From positions 64,001 to 128,000 of the forward strand of contig CAVPSB010000031.1 of assembly GCA_963708025.1 (NCBI GenBank): 64,000 bases of DNA, read 5' to 3'. A model generated the notes under the pieces. It saw only the letters and a program-made list of their open reading frames with translations. It did no database searches and was not told where the DNA came from. The stretch is from an uncultured Candidatus Rokubacteria bacterium. GTDB taxonomy: Bacteria; Methylomirabilota; Methylomirabilia; Rokubacteriales; DASRDR01. Positions 30,450 to 39,745 of the stretch are shown piece by piece (the stretch's first letter is position 1; each line of letters starts with the position of its first letter). Both the position numbers and the translations under genes were made by a program.

Positions 30450-31730
30450 GTGATTCACGGACACACCGTTCGACTCCGGGTCCTCGCCGTTCTCGTGGCC
30501 GGCGTCCTGACGCTGCTCGCCAGCCAGGGCCACGCCAAGACGGAGGTGCGATGGCTCCAGTGGAAGACGTCCGAGGTCGGCGAGAAGCACATGAGCGATC
30601 TCAAGGCCGCGTTCGAGCGGGACAACCCGGACGTGACCCTGACGCTCGTCGACTCGCCGTTCACCGGCTTCCACGACAAGGCCATCACGCTCTTCCAGGC
30701 GCAGAAGCTGGCGGACGTGCTGATGATCCAGGTGGACTGGGTGGCCGAGTACGCCGACTTCGGCATGCTGGAGCCGCTGGACGAGTGGCTCGTCAAGGAG
30801 CCGAAGGCGTTCATGGACGGTATCTTCCCCACCTTCCACAAGAAGTGGCTGGGGAAGCAATACTATCTCCCGCTGCACGCCGGGTGCGTGGCGCTCTACT
30901 GGAACACCGAGATCTTCCGGAAGGCCGGTCTGGCGGGGCCGCCGAAGACGTGGGACGAGTACGTGGCGGCGGCCAAGAAGGTGACGAACCTGGAGGCCAA
31001 GGTCTTCGCGACCACCGGCACCCTGGCGGTGGAGCCGCCCACGAACCTGACCTACGACATCTACCCGCTGATCTACCAGGCCGGGGGTGACGTGATCGAC
31101 GAGAAGACCAACAAGGCCGTGTTCAACAGCCCGGCCGGGGTGAAGGCCGTCCAGTGGTACGTCGATCTGGTCAACGTGCACAAGGCCTCGGTGCCCGGGG
31201 TCCTGTCGAACGGCGAGAAGGAGAAGCGCGGCAACTTCGGTGCCGGCAACGTGGCCATGATGTTCGAGGGGCCGTGGGGGATCGCCATCCAGAAGCGGCT
31301 CAACCCCAACCTCCAGTACGACATCGCCACCCTCCCCAAGGGCGCGACGACGGGGACCGTGGTGAGGGGCTCGCTGAACACCATGACCACGCAGGCCAAG
31401 GACAAGGAGGCGGCCTGGAAGTTCCTGCGCTGGATCTCGGGGCCGGTCGGCAACGAGCTCTGGGCCCGGGGCACCGGCGACTTCCCCGCCCGGAAGGAAG
31501 TGGCGGAGCAGCCCTTCTTCAAGGAGAACAAGCTGGTGCAGGCCTTCGTCCAGCAGATGCTGCTGCCGAACGCCAAGTCGCCGAACCTCGGGATGCCGCA
31601 GGCCGTCCAGCTCAACAAGGTCCTGACCGCCGAGATCCAGAACGCCGTGCAGGGCAAGAAGCCGGTCAAGCAGGCCCTGGACGACGCGGCGGTGGAGTGG
31701 AACAAGGTCCTGGCCAAGTACCAGAAGTAG
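30450..31730 (+). CDS. carbohydrate ABC transporter substrate-binding protein
   Basis: Signal peptide, LYWNTEIFRKAGL..PKTWDE, AMMFEGPW, AAWKFL. Confidence 0.92.
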   Translation: MIHGHTVRLRVLAVLVAGVLTLLASQGHAKTEVRWLQWKTSEVGEKHMSDLKAAFERDNPDVTLTLVDSPFTGFHDKAITLFQAQKLADVLMIQVDWVAEYADFGMLEPLDEWLVKEPKAFMDGIFPTFHKKWLGKQYYLPLHAGCVALYWNTEIFRKAGLAGPPKTWDEYVAAAKKVTNLEAKVFATTGTLAVEPPTNLTYDIYPLIYQAGGDVIDEKTNKAVFNSPAGVKAVQWYVDLVNVHKASVPGVLSNGEKEKRGNFGAGNVAMMFEGPWGIAIQKRLNPNLQYDIATLPKGATTGTVVRGSLNTMTTQAKDKEAAWKFLRWISGPVGNELWARGTGDFPARKEVAEQPFFKENKLVQAFVQQMLLPNAKSPNLGMPQAVQLNKVLTAEIQNAVQGKKPVKQALDDAAVEWNKVLAKYQK

Positions 31731-31740
31731 AGACACCATC

Positions 31741-31781
31741 CGGCGCCGCTCCGTCCCGCACCCGGGATCGGGGCGGCGCCG
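31741..31781 (+). other. intercistronic stem-loop after the SBP gene
   Basis: cggcgccgctccg..cggggcggcgccg inverted repeat; no U-tract. Confidence 0.5.
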
Positions 31782-31790
31782 AGCTCCACG

Positions 31791-32681
31791 ATGGCCACGG
31801 TCCCCTTCCGGCGCCGCTACGGCGAGGAACTCCAGGCCTACGCGTTTCTCGCTCCGGCTCTCCTGCTGCTCCTCATCCTGCTGGTGTATCCGGTGGGGCA
31901 GGTCGTCCGGATGAGCTTCTTCGAGGTCACGCCGCGCGTCCAGCGCTGGGTCGGTCTCGAGAACTACCGGGTGCTCGCCGGCAACCCGGCCTTCTGGGGG
32001 GCGCTGCAGAACACGGTCTGGTTCACGATCGGCAGCGTCGCGCTCCACCTGGGCATCGGCATGGCGCTGGCCCTGCTGCTCCACAGCCGGATCGATGCCC
32101 GGGTCCGGAACGTCTTTCGCGGGCTTCTCATCGTGCCGTGGCTGTTCGCGCCGACGGTGGCCGGCATGATCTGGGTACTGATCTTCAACCCCTTCGGGGT
32201 CCTGAACGGCTTCCTCACGACGCTCGGCCTCCTCCACGACACCGCGACCATCAACTGGCTCGGCGACCCCCGGACCTCCCTGCTGGCCGTCACCAGCGTG
32301 AACGTCTGGCGCGCGTTCCCGTTCGCCATGGTGATGCTGCTGGCCGGGCTGCAGGCCATCCCGGACGAGCTGTACGAGGCGGCGGCCATCGACGGCAGCA
32401 ACGCCGTCCAGCAGTTCCGCTTCGTCACGCTGCCGTCGCTGCGCGGAGTCATCCTGACGATGGCGCTGCTGGACTTCATCTGGACCTTCCGGGCCTTCGA
32501 CCTCGTCTACGTGATGACGGGGGGCGGGCCGGTCAACTCCTCCCAGGTCCTGGCCACGAGCATCTACTTCGACGCGTTCCAGAAGTTCCAGTTCGGCTAC
32601 GCCTCGGCCGAGGCGATCGCGATGCTGGTGATCCTGCTGGCGGGCAGCCTGGTCTACGTCCGCCGGGCGGTGCGGGAGTGA
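31791..32681 (+). CDS. carbohydrate ABC permease (MalF-like)
   Basis: VGLENY, LAGLQAIPDELYEAAAIDG. Confidence 0.92.
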   Translation: MATVPFRRRYGEELQAYAFLAPALLLLLILLVYPVGQVVRMSFFEVTPRVQRWVGLENYRVLAGNPAFWGALQNTVWFTIGSVALHLGIGMALALLLHSRIDARVRNVFRGLLIVPWLFAPTVAGMIWVLIFNPFGVLNGFLTTLGLLHDTATINWLGDPRTSLLAVTSVNVWRAFPFAMVMLLAGLQAIPDELYEAAAIDGSNAVQQFRFVTLPSLRGVILTMALLDFIWTFRAFDLVYVMTGGGPVNSSQVLATSIYFDAFQKFQFGYASAEAIAMLVILLAGSLVYVRRAVRE

Positions 32682-33538
32682 CGCGAAGCGGGGTGGCCGG
32701 ATCGGGGGGTGGAACCCGGCGTCGCCTGGCCCACGCCGCGGCCTACGGGCTCCTGGGACTGGCCACCCTCGTCACCCTGTTCCCGGTCGCCTGGATGCTG
32801 ACGGTGTCGGTCCGCCCGAACGTCGAGGTGATGAAGATCCCGCCCCAGTGGATCCCGTCCGTCCTGACGCTCGAGGCGTACGGCCGGGTGCTCGGGAACC
32901 CCCGGTACCTGCGCACCTTCGTGAACAGCTACGTGGTGTCCCTGGCGGTGACCGTGTTCTCGCTCGCGGTGGGCGCGCTGGCCGCCTACGCCCTGGCCCG
33001 GTTCCGGTTCCGCGGCCAGAAGAGCGTGCTCATGTTCCTGATCATCACCCAGATGTTCCCGCTCGTGCTGCTCTGCATCCCGTATTTCCAGGTCATGGTG
33101 CGGCTCGGGCTCTTCGATACCCTGGGGGCCCTGGTCCTCGTCTACACCACGTTCACGCTGCCGTTCTGCATCCTGATGCTCCGCGCCTACTTCGCGGAGG
33201 TCCCCAAGGAGATCGAGGAAGCGGCCATGGTGGACGGCTGCTCCCGGCTGGGGGCGCTGGGGCGGATCCTCCTGCCGGTGTCGGTTCCCGCGCTGGTGGG
33301 CTCGGGGCTGTACACGTTCCTGCTGGCCTGGAACGAGTTCCTGTTCGCGGTCGTGCTGATCGAGTCCTGGGAGAATCGCGTGATCACCATGGCCATCTAC
33401 AGCCTCCTGGCGGAGTTCGTCACCGAGTGGAGCATGATGATGGCCTTCTCGCTCCTGGCCAGCGCGCCGCTAGTGGTCGCGTTCATCTTCCTCCAGCGCT
33501 TCGTGGTTCGCGGGATGACGATGGGAGCGGTCAAGTGA
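32678..33538 (+). CDS. carbohydrate ABC permease (MalG-like)
   Basis: AAYALARFRF, EIEEAAMVDG, AWNEFLFA. Confidence 0.92.
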   Translation: MTRSGVAGSGGGTRRRLAHAAAYGLLGLATLVTLFPVAWMLTVSVRPNVEVMKIPPQWIPSVLTLEAYGRVLGNPRYLRTFVNSYVVSLAVTVFSLAVGALAAYALARFRFRGQKSVLMFLIITQMFPLVLLCIPYFQVMVRLGLFDTLGALVLVYTTFTLPFCILMLRAYFAEVPKEIEEAAMVDGCSRLGALGRILLPVSVPALVGSGLYTFLLAWNEFLFAVVLIESWENRVITMAIYSLLAEFVTEWSMMMAFSLLASAPLVVAFIFLQRFVVRGMTMGAVK

Positions 33539-34474
33539 GCGTCGCGCCCTGCGACGTGGTCGGCTTCGGGGTCAACACGGTGGACCTGACCGCGCTGATC
33601 GACGGCTACCCGGGGCCCGACACCAAGCAGCCGATGGCGGACTTCGACATCCAGGGCGGCGGGATGACCGCGACGGCGCTCGTCGCCTGCGCGCGCCTGG
33701 GGCTGCGCGCCCGGTACATCGGCAAGGTGGGCGGTGACTTCTGGGCCCGGGTCTCGCTGCGGACGCTCCGGCGCGAGGGGATCGACGTGCGCCACGTCCT
33801 CCGGGCGCGGGAGAGCGCCGGCCACGTCAGCCTGGTCCTGGTCGACCGGCGATCGGGAACCCGGACGCTCTTCTTTCGCCGACCGGCGGCCTACGGGGTC
33901 GCCCCCGAGGAGCTCGACCGGGCGGTCCTCACGTCGGGGCGCCTCTTGCACGTTCAACGGGGTCGACGCGGCGGCGACCGTCCAGGCGATCGGCTGGGCC
34001 CGGGAGGCCGGGATGCGGGTCACGATGGACGGCGAGCGGATCGTCGAGGGCATCGAGCGGGTCTGGCCCCTGGTTGACCTGCTCGTCTGCAACCCGCGGT
34101 TTCTCCAGCTGGTCACGGGAAAGACCGGGGTGGAGGCCGGTCTGGTCGCCCTGGCCAGTCGCGGCCCGGCGCGGGTGGCCGCCACCCTCGGCGCCGACGG
34201 GGCGATCGGGCTGGAGGGCGGCCTCTGGCACCGGGTGCCGGGGTTCCGGGTTCCCGTGCTGGACACGAACGGCGCCGGCGACGTCTTCCACGGGGCGTGC
34301 GCGTTCGGCGAGCTGCGGGGCTGGCCGCTCCCGTGGTGCCTGACCTTCGCCAGCGCCGTCGCCGCCCTGAAGTGTCGCGCGCTCGGAGGCCGGCGGGGGA
34401 TCCCCCGGTTGCCCGAGGTCGCCGGGTTCCTGGCGACCCACGGCCACGCGGAGATCGCCCGCGAGGTTGGCTGA
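33535..34474 (+). CDS. PfkB-family sugar kinase (YihV-like), frameshift near 33953
   Basis: GGGMTATALVACARLG, GKVGGD, DTNGAGDVFHG. Confidence 0.85.
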
Positions 34475-34585
34475 GAACCTCGAAGCGGAACGCTCCGGCC
34501 GCGCGGCCGGAGTCAGAGAGTTGCGACAATCCGACAGGCGGCGGTACGGAGGGCCGCTGGCATTGGTTCACAGACCTGAGGGGGA

Positions 34586-35224
34586 GTGCCCGTGATTCGC
34601 GCCGTCATCTTCGACGTCGGGGGGATCCTCGAGCCGCCCTGGAGCGAGGCGCTCCTCGGGGAGCTCCCGCCGTTCGTCGGGATGGCCAGGGAGCGCCTGC
34701 AGGCCCACCTCGCCGAGCATCACGTCGCGCTGACCGAGGGCCGGATGTCCCTCGTCCAGCTCTACCGGCGGATCCTACCGGACACCGCATCGTCGGGGCC
34801 CGAACAGGTCGTCGCCCGCCACCTCGAGATCTACCTGCGGGCGACGGCCCGCCTGGACACCCGCGTCCTGGAGCTGGTGGAAAGCCTCAAGCGGCGCTAC
34901 ATCGTGGCCTGCCTCACGAACACCGAGCCCGAGATCGGGGAGCTCAACCGACGGCGCGGGCTGTACCGGCCGTTCCAGCGGGCCTATCTCTCGACCGAGA
35001 TCGGGCTCTACAAGCCGGGCCGGGCGATCTTCGAGTGGATCCTGCGCGACCTGGGGTGTGCCGGCTCCGAGGTGGTGTTCACCGATGACAGCGAGGCCAA
35101 CGTGGGCGGCGCCAGGGCTGGCGGCCTCCACGCCATCCACTACACGGATTTCGACCAGTTCTCCACCGAGCTGGCGAGGCTTCTCCGCGCGGTCGGGGCG
35201 CCTGTCGAGCGGTCGCCGCGCTGA
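34586..35224 (+). CDS. HAD-family phosphatase (YihX-like)
   Basis: IFDVGGIL, LTNT, KP, FTDD..NV..A. Confidence 0.85.
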   Translation: MPVIRAVIFDVGGILEPPWSEALLGELPPFVGMARERLQAHLAEHHVALTEGRMSLVQLYRRILPDTASSGPEQVVARHLEIYLRATARLDTRVLELVESLKRRYIVACLTNTEPEIGELNRRRGLYRPFQRAYLSTEIGLYKPGRAIFEWILRDLGCAGSEVVFTDDSEANVGGARAGGLHAIHYTDFDQFSTELARLLRAVGAPVERSPR

Positions 35225-35259
35225 TCGCGCGCAACGGACGAGCTTCGAGCGGGGGTCCG

Positions 35260-35790
35260 ATGGCACTTGGGCGTGCCGCGCTCGTGACCGGGGCCACGCG
35301 GAGCCGCGGGATCGCCGCTGCCATCGCGCAGGCCCTGGCCCGGGACGGATGGGGCGTCGCCACGACCGGCTGGCGCCCGTTCGACGCGACCGAGCCGTGG
35401 GGCAGCCGCGCGGAGGAGGCGGAGGCGCTGATCTCGGTCCTCCGGGGCCTCGGGGTCGCGGCCGGGTACCACGAGGACGACCTGGGCGATCCCGCCGCCC
35501 CGGCGCGCATCCTCGATGCCGCCGAGCGGGTCGTCGGCCCGCTGGCCGCGCTCGTCAACGTCCACACCCACTCGGGCCTCGGCGGCCTCCTCGACACGAC
35601 GCCGGAGGACTTCGACCGGCACATGGCGGTGAACGCGCGGGGCACCCTGCTGCTCTCCGCGGAGTTCGTGCGCCGCTTTCGCGGCGAGCCTCCGACCGAG
35701 GGGTCCGATGGCACTTGGGCGTGCTGCGCTCGTCGCCGGGGCCACGCGGAGCCGCGGGATCGCCGCCGCCATCGCGCGGGCCCAGCTTGA
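35260..35790 (+). pseudogene. truncated SDR oxidoreductase followed by a duplicate of its own 5' end
   Basis: LVTGATRSRGIA, LVNVH, VNARG, but no YxxxK half; about 95-bp direct repeat. Confidence 0.75.
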
Positions 35791-35924
35791 TGCCGGCCAT
35801 CGCGCCGGGCTAGGCTGAGGCTGGTCCGGCAGCCGGGAGCGATCGGCCGCCCTCATCGGATCAAGGAGCGCGCGTCCGCCGGGCCGGCGACAACCTGACG
35901 GGCCGAGGACGGGAGAGTCAGGAG

Positions 35925-37367
35925 ATGCCCACACCACGCCGCACCGCCATCCGCGCCGGCTGGATCGTCGCCTTCGACGGCCGGGGCCACCGCCTGTTCC
36001 GGGACGGCGTCGTCGTCATCGAGGGCGACCGCATCCTCGAAGTCGGCCCTCGCTTCGATGGGGTCGCCGACGAGATCGTCGACGCCCGCGACCGTGTCCT
36101 CACCCCCGGGCTCATCTCGACCCACGCCCACATCGGCGGCTCGCCGCTCGACCGCTCCTTCATCGAGGACCGGGGGACCCCGCAGTTCTTCTACTCCGGC
36201 CTCTTCGAGATGCTGCCGGTGCGGAGCGGAGCCCAGGACGAGGAGGCCGGCCGCGCCTGCGTGGACTTCTCGATGGCCGAGCTGCTCCGCGGCGGCGTCA
36301 CCACGGTGATGGAGATCGGCGGCCAGGGTGAGTACGTGGTCGAGCGCGCCGCCCACTACGGGCTCCGCGTCTACCTGGGGCTCGCCTTCCGCTCGGGACG
36401 CTGGCTCACGCGGGACGGCAAGCGCGTGGAGTGGGAGTGGGACGAGGCGGCGGGGCGGAAGGGCCTGGAGCGCGCCGTGGAGTTCCACAAGCGGTACGAC
36501 GGCGCCCACGGGGACCTGGTCCGCTGCTTCTTCTCCCCGGCCCAGATCGACACCTGCACCCCCGAGCTCCTGCGCGAGGCCAAGCGCCGGGCCGACGAGA
36601 CCGGCCGGCCCTACCAGGTCCACACCTCCCAGTCCGTCGTCGAGTTCTACGAGATGCTCGCCCGTCACGGGAAGACGCCGGTGGCGTGGATGCGCGAGCT
36701 GGGCGTGCTCGGCCCCAACACGATCCTGGGCCACGCGCTCATCGTCGGCGGCTCCTCCTGGACCAACTACCCGGCCGGCGACGTGCAGATGATGGGGGAC
36801 GCCGGCTGCTCGGTGGCCCACGCGGTCTGGGTCTTCGCCCGGCGCGGCGTGGCCATGGAGTCGTTCGCCCGCTACAAGGCGGCGGGCGTCAACATGTCCC
36901 TCGGCACCGACACCAACCCCCAGAGCGTGATCGAGGCGATGCGCTGGGCCGCCGTCGTCTCGAAGATGATGGAGCGCAGCACGCAGGCGACCGGCGCCGC
37001 CGACGTCTTCGACGCGGCGACCCTCGGCGGCGCCCGGGCGCTCGGGCGCGACGATCTGGGGCGGATCGCCCCCGGGGCCCGGGCCGACCTGGTCCTGTGG
37101 AAGGCGGCCTCCTGGAACATGACGCCGCTCCGGGACCCCGTGAAGAACATCGTCTACAACGCGACCACCGAGGACGTGGACCGCGTCTACGTCAACGGAC
37201 GCCTGGTCGTGGACCAGGGCCGGGTGCTCGCCGCCGACGAGGCGAAGATCCTGGCCGCCCTCCAGGCCGGCGGCGAGCGGATGTGGCCGCGGATGGCGGA
37301 GTTCGACTGGGCCCGCCGCGGCGCCGACGTGCTCTCGCCGCAGACCTACCCGGAGTGGTCGGGGTGA
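35925..37367 (+). CDS. amidohydrolase (AtzA/TrzA chlorohydrolase-like)
   Basis: PGLISTHAH, QVHTSQ, LGHA, LGTD, ATLGGARAL, GRIAPGARADL. Confidence 0.9.
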   Translation: MPTPRRTAIRAGWIVAFDGRGHRLFRDGVVVIEGDRILEVGPRFDGVADEIVDARDRVLTPGLISTHAHIGGSPLDRSFIEDRGTPQFFYSGLFEMLPVRSGAQDEEAGRACVDFSMAELLRGGVTTVMEIGGQGEYVVERAAHYGLRVYLGLAFRSGRWLTRDGKRVEWEWDEAAGRKGLERAVEFHKRYDGAHGDLVRCFFSPAQIDTCTPELLREAKRRADETGRPYQVHTSQSVVEFYEMLARHGKTPVAWMRELGVLGPNTILGHALIVGGSSWTNYPAGDVQMMGDAGCSVAHAVWVFARRGVAMESFARYKAAGVNMSLGTDTNPQSVIEAMRWAAVVSKMMERSTQATGAADVFDAATLGGARALGRDDLGRIAPGARADLVLWKAASWNMTPLRDPVKNIVYNATTEDVDRVYVNGRLVVDQGRVLAADEAKILAALQAGGERMWPRMAEFDWARRGADVLSPQTYPEWSG

Positions 37368-37408
37368 CGGGAGACCACGCACTCCGAGGCGGCGGACTTT
37401 GCGAACGC

Positions 37409-37815
37409 TCAGTCCAACTCGGTCGTCTCGGCGGCGGGCTTCAGGTGGAGGCTGGCCTGTCCGGCCAGCTTCTGGGACAGAAGCTTCTGCTTCGGTTTCT
37501 CGGCGGGCCATGCTGTGACGTTCGTGTGACACGGTGGCGATCATCGACCTCTAGTTCGAGTCCCTCGCCAGTCACGTGGGACACCGAAGGGCCTGCATGC
37601 CCATACAGGGTCTTGCCTGCGGCGATCGCGACGAATCGTCATCACCAAGCCCGAATATCGACTCGGAGAGTTCACGCGTAAGGAACACGGACAACTTCAG
37701 ATCGGGCGGCGGCATGAACACCGTGTGGATGACGCGGCCGTGGTCCAACGAAATTGCGAGCGTGGTCAGCAGGAAGCGCGCGAGAGGTCGGCAGGGACAA
37801 CCGGCAGGTATGCGA
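37409..37815 (-). pseudogene. degraded hypothetical protein (LARF..FMPPPDLKLSVF..TLYG..H.N..W family), at least 2 frameshifts
   Basis: Manual translation: PLARFLL..VFMPPPDLKLSVFLTREL / GKTLYGHA..GLELEVDD / PPCHTNVTAWPAEKPKQKLLSQKLA-stop. Confidence 0.55.
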
Positions 37816-37816
37816 C

Positions 37817-38199
37817 TCAGGTTCGTGAGCGTAGAAGCCGATCGATGCTCTTGGTTATCTCGTCCGGGATCTCGTCGAGCAGGTACTCGGTTCCACTGGT
37901 ATCCGCCAGCCCGAAAACCCCGGCATACGTCAGACGCCGCTTCGGGCTGATACTGATGGAAAAGACGTGGCGGGGGCTACGGTACCATTCGAAAGAAATC
38001 TCGCCATCGGGATCTGCGCTGAGATCTGGCGGCGGAATCGTTGTGGGGAGGAGATCGAGAAGGAGCCGTGCGATCTCGTAGGTCTCTGGAGACACGGCCT
38101 TGGCACCATACCCATCCCAATTGTCCTTGCAAGTCTCACCGTACGATCAACGAGGGCCAGCATTGCTTCACGGTCCTGGCCAAGCGTTACGCTCGGCAT
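37817..38199 (-). pseudogene. hypothetical NWDGYGA-motif protein, frameshift near 38147
   Basis: ETCKDNWDGYGAKAVSPET..PPPDLSADPDGEISFEW..SISISP..YAG. Confidence 0.65.
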
Positions 38200-38235
38200 A
38201 TCATGGCGAGACCGTGGGGAGAGGAGCACGAACGG

Positions 38236-39327
38236 ATGAAGCGCGCCGAGGTCGTGATCGTCGGCGCCGGATGCGTCGGCGCCAACGTGGCCTACCGGCT
38301 GGCGCGCGAGGGAGCGCGTGTCACCGTCCTCGACGCCGGGCCGCCGGGCGGCGGCACCTCGGCGGCCAGCTTCGCCTGGGTGAACGCCTTCAACAAGACG
38401 CCGCGCGACTACCACGCGCTCAACGCCGACAGCATGGCCGAGTTCCCCCGGCTGGCGGAGGGGCTGAGCGACGGGAGCTGGCTCAAGCTCGACGGCGGCC
38501 TCCACTGGCGGGACACGCCGGAGGCGCGCGCGGCGCTCCGGGAGACCGTGGCCCGGCTCGAGGAGTGGCGCTACCCGATCGAGATCCTCACGCCGGCGGC
38601 CGCCCGGGAGCTGGAGCCCGACCTCCACCTCGGGCCGGCGGTGGACGAGGTGGTCTTCACGCCGCGCGAAGGCTACGTGGAGGTGGTCCCGCTCGTCGCC
38701 GCGCTCCTGGCCGCCGCCCGGCGCGAAGGGGCGCGGGTCCTCGCCGGCCATCGGGTGACCGGTGTCCTGCGGGCGGGCGACCGCATCCGAGGGGTGACGA
38801 CGGAGGACGGCGCTCGCTTCGAAGCGGACGTCGTCGTGGACTCGGCGGGCCCTGCCATGGACGAGGTGGCGCGGCTGGCCGGCGTCGCCGTCCCGCTCGA
38901 TCGCGTGCCGGGCCGGCTCGTCTACACGACGCCCGTCGCCACAACGCTCCGGCGGCCGATCCACGCGCCCGGCGTCCACTTCCGCCCGGACGGCGGCGGC
39001 CGGGTCGTGCTCGCCGCCGACGACCACGACGTGACCTTCGACGCGCGCACCGCCTGGGACCCCGAGCGGTCGCTGGCCCGCGCCGTGACCCACCTGCCGC
39101 CCCTCGCCGGCGCCCGCGTGGAAGCGGTGCGCATCGGTATCCGGCCGATGCCGCGGGACCAGAAGCCGATGGTGGGGCCGGTGCCCGGCCTCGAGGGCTT
39201 CTACGTCGTGGTCTCGCACAGCGGCGTCACGCTCGGGCCGCTCTGGGGCCGGGTCGTGGCGGCCGAGATCCTCGACCGGAGGCTGGATCCTCGTCTCGAT
39301 CCGTATCGCCCTGCCCGGTTCTGCTGA
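38236..39327 (+). CDS. FAD-dependent oxidoreductase (DAO/glycine oxidase family)
   Basis: VVIVGAGCVG, GTSAASFAWVN, GIRPMPRD, HSGVTLGP. Confidence 0.9.
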   Translation: MKRAEVVIVGAGCVGANVAYRLAREGARVTVLDAGPPGGGTSAASFAWVNAFNKTPRDYHALNADSMAEFPRLAEGLSDGSWLKLDGGLHWRDTPEARAALRETVARLEEWRYPIEILTPAAARELEPDLHLGPAVDEVVFTPREGYVEVVPLVAALLAAARREGARVLAGHRVTGVLRAGDRIRGVTTEDGARFEADVVVDSAGPAMDEVARLAGVAVPLDRVPGRLVYTTPVATTLRRPIHAPGVHFRPDGGGRVVLAADDHDVTFDARTAWDPERSLARAVTHLPPLAGARVEAVRIGIRPMPRDQKPMVGPVPGLEGFYVVVSHSGVTLGPLWGRVVAAEILDRRLDPRLDPYRPARFC

Positions 39328-39328
39328 C

Positions 39329-39575
39329 TCAGGGGGCGGACGGCCGGCGGTAGGCGAGGACCGAGGGAGGCGGCGCGATCCCGGGTGGGAGCCGGGGATC
39401 GGGGACCGGCGCCGCCGGCGAAAGCGCCAGCGGGATCACCCCGGCCCAGCAGGGGAGTCCGTAGTCCTCCTCGTCGTCGATCGGCGGCCCGGTGCGGATC
39501 TTCGCCGACGCCTCCTCGATCGGCAGGCGCAGGACGGCCGTCGCCTTCAGCTCCTGCTCGGTCGGCCATTCGCCA
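39329..39575 (-). pseudogene. C-terminal remnant of pyridoxamine 5'-phosphate oxidase-family (flavin-binding) protein
   Basis: ELKATAVLRLPIEEASAKIRTGPPIDDEEDY..WAGVIPL. Confidence 0.75.
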
Positions 39576-39745
39576 GGAAGGGGTGGGGCCATTCCGGCCG
39601 GCCCCAGAAACGGACGGCCGGGCTCGTCCGTTCTCCGTGTGGAGCCCCCGTCTGGCGCGGAGTCCCCGGCCGGGGTTGACCCGGTGGAAGGACCCGATTA
39701 AGTTAGGCGACACGGAGGTGGTCCCCGGTGGTGGAGAGAGCTGGC

